From Candidatus Lokiarchaeum ossiferum (GTDB lineage: Archaea; Asgardarchaeota; Lokiarchaeia; Sigyniarchaeales; Promethearchaeaceae): a DNA stretch of 32,000 nucleotides. This document shows, one piece after another, positions 9,034-16,614 of this stretch. The stretch is taken from the NCBI GenBank assembly GCA_025839675.1, contig CP104013.1, forward strand, positions 2,640,001 through 2,672,000, read 5' to 3'. Each line of letters begins with the position of its first letter. Positions within the stretch are counted from its first letter, which is position 1. Below the pieces are notes generated by a model. It saw nothing but the letters and a program-made list of their open reading frames with translations. It did no database searches and was not told where the DNA came from. The position numbers were made by a program, and so were the translations under genes.

Positions 9034-10137
9034 TTAAATATCGCGATCCATTTTTCCTTGGTTTAGAGAAGTTAAGATCTTCTGGTGTTCAGTAACTATT
9101 TGTTGAGGAGTTTTGGAAACTAAATCGTGTTGGAATATTCTATTTCCGCAATGAGGGCAAAATAACGAAATTGAATGGGACAAATGACTCAAAATGGATT
9201 CATCGATTTTTGTATCGCATTGAGGACACTGATATTGCGAAAAATTTGATCGTGGAGAGCTAATATCTTCCTGATAATATGGAGGGAGATTATTGGGACC
9301 AGTTTCAGGGATGAGAGAGGGAATAAAGGTCAATTGCTGACACATATTATAAAATTTCAAGCGAAACATTATTGCGATATTAACTCCAAAAAATATAGTT
9401 GGAATATATTGTAAAAGGGAAGGGAGAGCGAGATGATCAACGACTACACGGGTTGTGTGTGTAATGCTTGCCGATAACCAAAAAATCATGTTCACCAATC
9501 CAAAAATTACCAAAAAATGAAGGACGACACTTTTTTGATCTTGAAGATTAAAAAAGTGATTGATTTTTACCGAAATATATATTCCATATAAGATCGAGAC
9601 TGGAAAGACAATAAAATTATTCCATAATGACAGAAGACTAAAAATCAGGGCTCCACCAACGATTAAAAGGGATAGCTGAGGATTGGCTTTTTGTTGTGTC
9701 AAATAATATTGATTGAGCTCTTCCTTCTGAGAAATTTTTATCGATAAGAAATAAATAATCAAGAATACACCATTGAAAATCAGAAAGAACCATATCAAGG
9801 TATTATCCATAGGCTCAATCTGCCAAGTTGTGTATAAAAATAAATCCAAGCAAATAATAACAAATTTAATGATCTCTTCTGGAATATTGGATTCAGTTGG
9901 AAGCAGTAAGCTATTTTTGATGTTATGAGTGAAGGTATTGAGCATGAAATAATAATAAATGCAGAAGGCGAACAAAGGAATAAAAACAGCAAGGGCTAGC
10001 CCTTCATCAAAATCAGTAACAGACATTTCGATACGATATGCATGAATAAAAAGAGCAAATCCCGCCAAACTGAATATCCAAAGAAGGGTACTTTCTATGA
10101 GATGTTGATAAAATTGTTTATAGTTCATCGTCATCAT
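9034..10137 (-). CDS. polytopic membrane protein with C-terminal zinc ribbon
   Basis: 367 aa. About 9 hydrophobic helices. The C-terminal cytoplasmic tail carries CPQCDTKI...(19 aa)...CPHCGNRI (CxxC...CxxC). Confidence 0.6.
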   Translation of the reverse strand: MMTMNYKQFYQHLIESTLLWIFSLAGFALFIHAYRIEMSVTDFDEGLALAVFIPLFAFCIYYYFMLNTFTHNIKNSLLLPTESNIPEEIIKFVIICLDLFLYTTWQIEPMDNTLIWFFLIFNGVFLIIYFLSIKISQKEELNQYYLTQQKANPQLSLLIVGGALIFSLLSLWNNFIVFPVSILYGIYISVKINHFFNLQDQKSVVLHFLVIFGLVNMIFWLSASITHTTRVVVDHLALPSLLQYIPTIFFGVNIAIMFRLKFYNMCQQLTFIPSLIPETGPNNLPPYYQEDISSPRSNFSQYQCPQCDTKIDESILSHLSHSISLFCPHCGNRIFQHDLVSKTPQQIVTEHQKILTSLNQGKMDRDI

Positions 10138-10185
10138 TTTTTTTTTAGTTAATAATTATCAAAATAATGGTAGATAAGCTATTAA

Positions 10186-10293
10186 AGTGTTATCATTTTT
10201 AGCTATTTTTATGCATTATGAGTCATTATAATATTCTTTAATCCATTTAAACCACTTTTATTTCATTATCACATAGAATCAAATGATAACACT
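10186..10293. repeat. 13-bp perfect inverted repeat pair in a 457-bp non-coding gap
   Basis: agtgttatcattt (10186-10198) is the exact reverse complement of aaatgataacact (10281-10293). Confidence 0.5.
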
Positions 10294-10315
10294 ACTTGCA
10301 TTATTGATATGATTT

Positions 10316-10498
10316 TTGAGGAACAAAATTGGGAATCATTTTTAATAAAAATTAGAGAAATATCCTAAAAACCATTGGAAAATTGATTGTTCCTTCTCAT
10401 AATTAATGGAATGGAGTCAAAAATGTACTAAAAATTGATTTAAAACCACATCACCTTCAAACTTGTATTGCTTATTCAGAAATGTTTTTGTTCCTCAA
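10316..10498. repeat. 13-bp perfect inverted repeat pair in the same gap
   Basis: ttgaggaacaaaa (10316-10328) is the exact reverse complement of ttttgttcctcaa (10486-10498). Confidence 0.5.
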
Positions 10499-10594
10499 TG
10501 AGGATTTGAAGTTAGAGAAATCCAAAATATTTTCTTTATCGCCGTAAATGGAACTATTTCCGTCAATTCAACTTTTCAAGTAGGAATTTATCCA

Positions 10595-10855
10595 TTGGAA
10601 GTAATTATCACGCACACTTCAGGATATGAGTTACGAGTAGTAATAATAGTATCAATCAACGATTTTCCGCCAATAAACACGAAAGTATCAGATATAATAA
10701 CTTCCACAGTGCTAAAAGATACAACCGAGTTATCGGATGGGGAAGATATTTGTTTGAAAATTTCGGAATTTTCCTCATTATTGATTTTTGGTTTCAGTCT
10801 GATTGGAGCATTGAGCCTATTATGGAGAAGGAAAAAGGAAGGATTAGACAGATAA
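10595..10855 (+). pseudogene. possible C-terminal remnant of a surface protein (beta-rich segment plus C-terminal TM anchor and basic tail)
   Basis: 86-aa ORF from TTG. The frame is open upstream to 10502 with no start codon and no signal peptide. It ends SEFSSLLIFGFSLIGALSLLWRRKKEGLDR, a tripartite motif-TM-basic arrangement like C-terminal sorting or anchor signals. Confidence 0.3.
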
Positions 10856-10934
10856 TCCGAATTTTTTTCAATATTTAAATCAATAGTTGATACTACAGTG
10901 TTTTTTTTTCAATAATAAATCTAAAAGATCAGAA

Positions 10935-10940
10935 TTTATA
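10935..10940 (+). promoter_or_regulatory. TATA-like box for a leaderless transcript starting at about ATG 10968
   Basis: TTTATA lies about 28-30 nt upstream of ATG 10968, with no SD motif between them. The track's TTG 10887 start would place a T8 run and low-complexity residues inside the protein. Confidence 0.35.
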
Positions 10941-10967
10941 GGACGTAACAGTCTTATAATTACGACG

Positions 10968-12122
10968 ATGGTGAACTGGACTCTTTTTGCGTTGAATGAT
11001 TTACTGACGACATTTGTGATGTTTGTGTTATTCTTTGTCGTCTTGTCCAGTTACATCCGCACCAGATATCGTCATCTGGCGATATTATCATTACTCTTCT
11101 TTTCTGTGGCTATAGCGAATTTGCTGTTTACTATAGCAAATCTATATTTATCCTACACAATTTTTGCGATGTTCATCATTTTTATGAGTATCGAGGTATT
11201 ATTTACAAATTGGTTTGTAGATTTCGTGTGTCGCGAAAGAGTTAATACACCCAAAATGGTTTTATGGGCATTTCTAGCAGGAATGATGATCATCAGTGCT
11301 TTTGATTTTGAAAATACTTTTTCTTTGTTTGAATATACAGGTGGTATTTTCCAGATCTCCTATAAAGAAGGAAATCTGCAAATTTTGTTTTCATTGATGT
11401 CACTTTTCTGGGCAGGGCTTTTATTATTCTTAACTTTACGTATTTATTTTGAAGTGCCAAAACATTTAAAACAAACTTCATTCCATGCATTAATTGCAAC
11501 ATTAGTAATCATAATTAGGGGAATTTTTACATATCAGTTCAATTTGATAAGTCCTTTTATTAACACAGGTCTTTCAATTATAGGTTTCGGCTATCTTACT
11601 TACTATTTCATTAAATTTCCGGAACTGGCATTTATGGTCCCATTTAAAACACTCCACTTACATATTTTAGAAATTAAATCAGGAATGACAATATACTCCT
11701 ATAATTGGCGAGAAAGTAATGCAACACCGATAGTTAATGATACATTATTTTCAGGTTTATGCACTGGGTTGGATGCCATTTTCAATGCAACTCTTCAAAA
11801 GGGAAATATCCATGAGATTCATCTCGAGAAGGCCGTATTATTGTTACAAAGAGAAGCGAATTCTCCTTTGCTATTTATTATCATCTCTACAAAAGCATCT
11901 AAATCATTGCGAAAGGCATTAAAATCCTTTACAAAACGGTTTAACAAGGCATTTACACAAGAGATTGAGGAAATGGAGAAGGGTGTAATAAATAAAGCCC
12001 ATTTTCGAAAAGCAACGGATTTATTAGGAGATTTCTTTCCATTCATTCCAGATTATATGCATGAGATAAAAAAAACTGCAAATCGTAAAAATTTTTTAGT
12101 TTCTTTGGATGAAGGCAAATAA
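10968..12122 (+). CDS. 7-TM membrane protein with a C-terminal cytoplasmic alpha/beta domain of longin-like (beta-beta-alpha-beta-beta-beta-alpha-alpha) pattern
   Basis: Track ORF is 10887-12122; I prefer ATG 10968. Seven hydrophobic helices lie between residues about 30-245 (track numbering). Residues about 255-385 (nt 11649-12041): LHLHILEIKSG-MTIYSYNW / DTLFSGLCTGLDAIFNATL / IHEIHLE-KAVLLLQRE-LLFIIIST / SKSLRKALKSFTKRFNKAF / HFRKATDLLGDFF. Confidence 0.6.
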   Translation: MVNWTLFALNDLLTTFVMFVLFFVVLSSYIRTRYRHLAILSLLFFSVAIANLLFTIANLYLSYTIFAMFIIFMSIEVLFTNWFVDFVCRERVNTPKMVLWAFLAGMMIISAFDFENTFSLFEYTGGIFQISYKEGNLQILFSLMSLFWAGLLLFLTLRIYFEVPKHLKQTSFHALIATLVIIIRGIFTYQFNLISPFINTGLSIIGFGYLTYYFIKFPELAFMVPFKTLHLHILEIKSGMTIYSYNWRESNATPIVNDTLFSGLCTGLDAIFNATLQKGNIHEIHLEKAVLLLQREANSPLLFIIISTKASKSLRKALKSFTKRFNKAFTQEIEEMEKGVINKAHFRKATDLLGDFFPFIPDYMHEIKKTANRKNFLVSLDEGK

Positions 12123-12190
12123 ACGCTGAATAAAATAGTATCGCACGTATAGAGATTGATAATTGAGTTAAAAGGTAGAAACTCTTAATC

Positions 12191-12199
12191 TTTTTTTTT
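12191..12199 (+). terminator. T9 tract downstream of the 7TM gene
   Basis: Nine consecutive T, 69 nt after the stop at 12122. The next gene has its own SD (GAGGT, 7 nt before ATG 12328). Confidence 0.4.
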
Positions 12200-12327
12200 C
12201 TGGGACATTCAATGCAGAAATACTGAACCATAAATTAAGGAATCCGATCAGAAAGTTCCTTTGGAAAGTGTTCAAGAAGAAGCTTTTTAGAGAATGAAGT
12301 TCAAAGTAGTAGTACAGAGGTATTAAT

Positions 12328-12903
12328 ATGACTGAAGAAAATAAGTTTTGTCCAAGCTGTGGGGCCTCCATTGACGGAGTGCAATTTTGTCAACAATGTG
12401 GTTTTCAAGTCAACCAAAAATCTCTAGAAAAACCCATTGAAGGAAACGTCACAGCAACGAATAACAGCCCAACTACCACCACTACTGCATCTCCAAATTA
12501 TAATCCCAGTACGTGGAATACATTAGAACCATTTATTTCCTTAGCGGGAAAATTAAGTTGGATTTTAATTGTACTTAACATAATAGTAAGTATAATTGTA
12601 GCAGCAGTGAATTTAGCCGAATATGGATATGTTGGCGCATTTGTCTGGGCAATTATCGGAGGAGCAATCTCCTTAGCATTGGCAGGCATTTTTATAAAAC
12701 CTTTTGCTATCATGTGTGGTAAAAAAGATTGGGAAGGATTAATTAACGATGTTTGGAAATTTGGTAAATATCGAGTCCCTAAAATGTTAGTGCTTGGAAT
12801 CATCTTGGAAATTTTTACTGATGGATGGGGAGGACTATTGGTATTAATTCCTGCAGTATTAATTTTAATCTTGGGTCCCGTGAAGCATCAATGGGAAGCA
12901 TAA
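12328..12903 (+). CDS. zinc-ribbon membrane protein
   Basis: 191 aa. N-terminal CPSCGASIDGVQFCQQCG (CxxC-x9-CxxC), a Thr/Asn/Pro-rich linker, then 3-4 hydrophobic helices. Confidence 0.65.
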   Translation: MTEENKFCPSCGASIDGVQFCQQCGFQVNQKSLEKPIEGNVTATNNSPTTTTTASPNYNPSTWNTLEPFISLAGKLSWILIVLNIIVSIIVAAVNLAEYGYVGAFVWAIIGGAISLALAGIFIKPFAIMCGKKDWEGLINDVWKFGKYRVPKMLVLGIILEIFTDGWGGLLVLIPAVLILILGPVKHQWEA

Positions 12904-12954
12904 TTTTTTTAAATCATTTTTTATTTTATTGAAAAAAATCCCTGAAAATATCCC

Positions 12955-13542
12955 TCAGAGCGTTTTCTTAAGTTCAGTCAAGATTTGAGTAATATATTGA
13001 TGATGCTTCCTAAAAATATCTTCTGTGGAGCAGGATTTATTGAAAATCATCATAATTACGACTTTGGGACTTAATCCAACGACAAATACCACTCCAAAAG
13101 CAGTTTTGATCAAAATTTCAGAAAATAGGGGAATATTTTCTGGAAATTGTGCTTTTTGATCAATGACTTGAAGCAGATCTTGAGAATAAACATCAATGGT
13201 AGCAAGTAATTTTGAAATAAGAGGAACCATCCGAGTTTGATCGATGTTTGGAGGAGATTTGGGAGAAGTTAGAAGTTGTCCAGTGGAGGAAACGAGGAAC
13301 ACCGTATTAATTTCATCCATCAATTCTAATATTTTTATCAATGTTTGGATTTCAGGAATTTGTGCTTCTGGAAACGAGTAGGTTGGAAAACGAGTTTCCC
13401 GTTCTTTTTTCCGTTTAACCCATCTCGCGAGAGTCATTTGAGAGACTTCAAATTCCTTCACAGTCTCTTCATAAGTATGGGTTTCCAAAAAAAGTAAAAT
13501 TTCTTTTCGTTCTTTTGCTGAATAGCGTTTTCCATGTGACAA
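12955..13542 (-). CDS. HTH DNA-binding domain fused to a Roadblock/LC7 (MglB-like) domain
   Basis: 195 aa. Residues 1-50: KRYSAKERKEILLFLETHTYEETVKEFEVSQMTLARWVKRKKE (transposase/resolvase-type HTH). Residues about 58-170 have the alpha-beta-beta-alpha-beta-beta-beta pattern, with INTVFLVSSTGQLLTS and FSEILIKTAFGVVFVVGLSPKVVIMMIF matching the Roadblock consensus layout, plus a C-terminal helix. Confidence 0.6.
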   Translation of the reverse strand: MSHGKRYSAKERKEILLFLETHTYEETVKEFEVSQMTLARWVKRKKERETRFPTYSFPEAQIPEIQTLIKILELMDEINTVFLVSSTGQLLTSPKSPPNIDQTRMVPLISKLLATIDVYSQDLLQVIDQKAQFPENIPLFSEILIKTAFGVVFVVGLSPKVVIMMIFNKSCSTEDIFRKHHQYITQILTELKKTL

Positions 13543-13566
13543 TTTTTTTACACCTTTGTCAATGGG

Positions 13567-13690
13567 ACTAACACTTCACATTAAACTTATTTAAATAACT
13601 ACCACTATTTAAAAGTAACTAACACAAATAATCATTGAATATCTGAAAATCATGTTAAGAAGTGTTAGTTCGATTTGAATAGTGGTAGTT
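13567..13690. promoter_or_regulatory. two interleaved perfect inverted repeats in the divergent promoter region between 12955-13542(-) and 13738-14373(+)
   Basis: actaacacttc (13567-13577) pairs with gaagtgttagt (13659-13669). aactaccactatt (13597-13609) pairs with aatagtggtagtt (13678-13690). An extra direct copy of actaacac lies at about 13618-13625. Confidence 0.4.
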
Positions 13691-13737
13691 TAAACCACGC
13701 GAATAATACTTTAAGGTTGAGACGATAAAGTTCAATC

Positions 13738-14373
13738 ATGAATGGATATGATCCATTTAAAAAATCAACACTACTCCCCAGTTATCGAGAGCTCATAGAA
13801 ACATCGGAATTGACCCAATCCAAAAAGTTCCATATCTCCAGTCAAGAAGATCAGATTATAATCTATTATTACAATTTAATAAAAATCATTGTCTTTGGAT
13901 GCTTTATTATCTTTTTAGTGGGAGTTTGGATTATTAATCTGGTTTTTTTTCACCCATCATGGTTTGGATTGGTGATTATGAGCTTTTCGATTGGGATTGG
14001 AATAATAATAGATTATTTTGTTTTTTTGTCAAGAGCGTTTTTCCTCCAACCATTAATAATTGATTGCGATAAGGAAAAAATAATTACAGGAATTCAAACA
14101 ATTCAATTTCAAGAGATCCAAAGAATGGTGTTGATTCAAACCGCTTCGGAATTTATGAGCGGCGGAAAACAGTTTTTCAATCTTTTCTTACAAGGGACCA
14201 ACCCTGAACAGAAAGTTCAACTCTACCCTGCTTTCTTTCCATCTCGACAGATTTTCATTAACTTCGGAAAATTTATGGATCAAATATTCGTCCTGCATGG
14301 GCTATCCAAGAAAATGGATTATAAAAATGTGGAATTTACCAATAATTTCGAACATTTTCCCCTTATCGATTGA
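13738..14373 (+). CDS. hypothetical membrane protein (TM hairpin plus beta-rich C-terminal domain, possibly bacterial-PH-like)
   Basis: 211 aa. Two adjacent hydrophobic helices (residues about 47-95), then a strand-rich region ending in a helix (FINFGKFMDQIFVLHGL), the architecture seen in 2TM+PH (DUF304-like) proteins. The fold call is weak. Confidence 0.5.
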   Translation: MNGYDPFKKSTLLPSYRELIETSELTQSKKFHISSQEDQIIIYYYNLIKIIVFGCFIIFLVGVWIINLVFFHPSWFGLVIMSFSIGIGIIIDYFVFLSRAFFLQPLIIDCDKEKIITGIQTIQFQEIQRMVLIQTASEFMSGGKQFFNLFLQGTNPEQKVQLYPAFFPSRQIFINFGKFMDQIFVLHGLSKKMDYKNVEFTNNFEHFPLID

Positions 14374-14465
14374 TGAAGTTGTATAGGGTGAGGTGAGATT
14401 TCTTTTTTGTATTATTATGCGTTGTTTTTTGAATCCCCCTACTTTAAAATAAACAAGGATTTATT

Positions 14466-15755
14466 ATGTCGGATATCCCAACCTACCCTGAAATACTACA
14501 AATAGAAATATCTACACTCTGTAATTTTAGTTGTGCAATGTGTCTACGAAATGGGCGCGAAAATCATTCAAAATCAATTGATATATCCCTATATCGCAAG
14601 ATAGCCAAAGAAGCATTTCCAAATGTGAAAAAAATTGTTCTATACGGAGTAGGCGAACCACTAATGCACCCCGATTTTTTAGAAATTTTGAAAATTACCA
14701 GAAAACATCTCCCTCCCACAGGATTAATTGATTTTACCACAAATGGAGCATTGTTGACTCCAGAATTGCTAACTCAAATTCTTCCATATGGAATCAATCG
14801 AATTGTCGTATCATTGGATACCTCTAATTTCAACCGTTTGCAAAAAATGCGAGAAGGAGCAAGTGAGGATGTATTAAACAATTTGAAAAATCTTTCAACC
14901 TTCCGACAAAGCAACAAAATTCAAGAGTTGGCCATCGAATCCGTAGTAATGCGATCAAATCTTTATGATCTACCGGATTTAATTGAATTTTGTCATAATT
15001 TGAAAGTGGATTCTATTTTTATTTCTCATGTACTACCTTATCATGAAGAAATGATTAAAGAAACACTTTACATTCCCCAATCAAAAGAAAGTTGGGAAAT
15101 ATCCCGTCAAATTTTGGAAGAGACGTGGGATCACTTTTCAAGCCTTATTCAAAGCACATTATACACAAAAGCAAACAAGGGAGGGCCAGAAAAGTTACTG
15201 GCAAAATCTAAAGCAAAAATCACCCTCGCACGCGAATCGGGGATTGATATCAATCTTCCCGCAATCATTGGAAATTATCAGAAATTGGCGATTATTGAAG
15301 ATACTAAACGAATTTTCCATGAAGTGCAAACTTTGGCTGATGATTATCAAATTCGTTTAGAACTCCCTTTTATTTTTCCCGATTTAACGCGACGAGAATG
15401 CCCTTATGCGGCTAAGAAGGCTATACTGATAAATGTTCAAGGCGAGCTAGTCCCTTGCTATAATTTATTACACTCTCATCAAATTCATGTGAACGATCAC
15501 ATCCGGGATGAAATACCTTTCCAATATGGTAGCCTAGCAACCCATTCCATTGAAGAATTATATAATTCGAAAAAATTCACCGAATTGAAGAAGTTTTTAA
15601 GGGACATGAGAAAAACCGCTGAATGGTGTGGAGATTGCACATATTCAAGTTTAGATTGTTTTTATATCAATACCAATGAAAATGATTGTTTGGGAAACTC
15701 TCCAAATTGTAACGAGTGTTTATTCAGTGTTGGAATTGTGAAATGTATTTTTTGA
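14466..15755 (+). CDS. radical SAM enzyme with a C-terminal SPASM/twitch-like auxiliary Fe-S domain
   Basis: 429 aa. CNFSCAMC (Cx3Cx2C) at residues 19-26. GVGEPLMHPD SAM-binding motif. C-terminal Cys set: C312, GELVPC331, C388xxC391, C398, C408, C415xxC418, C427. Confidence 0.85.
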   Translation: MSDIPTYPEILQIEISTLCNFSCAMCLRNGRENHSKSIDISLYRKIAKEAFPNVKKIVLYGVGEPLMHPDFLEILKITRKHLPPTGLIDFTTNGALLTPELLTQILPYGINRIVVSLDTSNFNRLQKMREGASEDVLNNLKNLSTFRQSNKIQELAIESVVMRSNLYDLPDLIEFCHNLKVDSIFISHVLPYHEEMIKETLYIPQSKESWEISRQILEETWDHFSSLIQSTLYTKANKGGPEKLLAKSKAKITLARESGIDINLPAIIGNYQKLAIIEDTKRIFHEVQTLADDYQIRLELPFIFPDLTRRECPYAAKKAILINVQGELVPCYNLLHSHQIHVNDHIRDEIPFQYGSLATHSIEELYNSKKFTELKKFLRDMRKTAEWCGDCTYSSLDCFYINTNENDCLGNSPNCNECLFSVGIVKCIF

Positions 15756-15814
15756 AATGAATTATAGAGAAAAGGAAAAAAAAAATTTTTTCTGTTGATG
15801 TAGGACGAGTGCCT

Positions 15815-16528
15815 TTACTTCCTTTTATGGGGTACTAACGCTTGTACTTCGTGAAGACCAGCTAAATAGATAGTATTACCAATCATGGGGATGAAGAGTG
15901 ATATTATTACCCCTATTCTCATATGTGCACTAGAAAGCGATAACAGTTTGGAATCTTCTGGACGATTCGCATTGGAAATGGTTTCGCTTAATAATCCATC
16001 TAAATACCCAATTAATTTATAATGTAAAATTTTCATTAGTATAAGATTGAATACACTTAAAATAGAGGAAATAACTAAAAGACGATAATTTGAGCTAAAT
16101 ATTTTGTACATGAAAGCAGGACCATTGATGACATGGAAGTCATAAGCAGTATGTAAATAATTAAAATTGAACATAAATATTGTAAGGAGAACTCCTTGAA
16201 TTATCATGAAAAGAAATATCAGCAAAAGAAATAGTTTATATTGCTTAAATCCTGCTTGAAACGAAACAAAATTTGAATCTACAAATATTTTTACGGCACT
16301 AAAAGAAAAACCGATAAAACTAACTACACCAAGGATTACAAAACTAATCCAGATTGGTTCAGTTATGTGATGAATCGATTTTACAGTGTCAGTATTAACA
16401 GAAGTTATATATAGCGGAATAAGGAGAAATACCCACACATTACACAATATTTCTAATGGATAGAGCAAAATTCTGGAAAAAAAGTAATGTTTTAGAGGTT
16501 TATTGGACATTTTAAGTATTGATTCCAT
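15815..16528 (-). CDS. hypothetical polytopic membrane protein (paralog of the upstream gene)
   Basis: 237 aa, about 6 hydrophobic helices. Shares collinear motifs with 16615-17586: VSFIGFSFSAVKIF vs IIIFGFPVIVKYF; LLSLSSAHMRIGVIISLFIPMIGNTIYLAGL vs LISLESGLNLMKLGCIISFVSVPLGDALFNVGI. Confidence 0.55.
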   Translation of the reverse strand: MESILKMSNKPLKHYFFSRILLYPLEILCNVWVFLLIPLYITSVNTDTVKSIHHITEPIWISFVILGVVSFIGFSFSAVKIFVDSNFVSFQAGFKQYKLFLLLIFLFMIIQGVLLTIFMFNFNYLHTAYDFHVINGPAFMYKIFSSNYRLLVISSILSVFNLILMKILHYKLIGYLDGLLSETISNANRPEDSKLLSLSSAHMRIGVIISLFIPMIGNTIYLAGLHEVQALVPHKRK

Positions 16529-16614
16529 ATATTACAAATCGATTTTTTATTTAAAAGAGATGAGGAAAGACTTTCGAACTTTCATATTTTTTGGGAAATA
16601 AAATAGTTAACTTA

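Noticed and set aside
11293-12371. ORFs 11293-11502(-), 11737-11922(+), 11819-12046(-), 12043-12231(-) and 12168-12371(-)
   Set aside because: They are antisense or alternative-frame to the 7TM gene, or they span the terminator/promoter gap and the start of the zinc-ribbon gene. None has coding-like features.
14417-14452. 11-codon micro-ORF (MRCFLNPPTLK) just upstream of the radical SAM/SPASM gene as a possible precursor peptide
   Set aside because: It is far too short to assess and has no SD or leader/core features. Such ORFs are expected by chance. It is mentioned only so that comparative analysis can test it.
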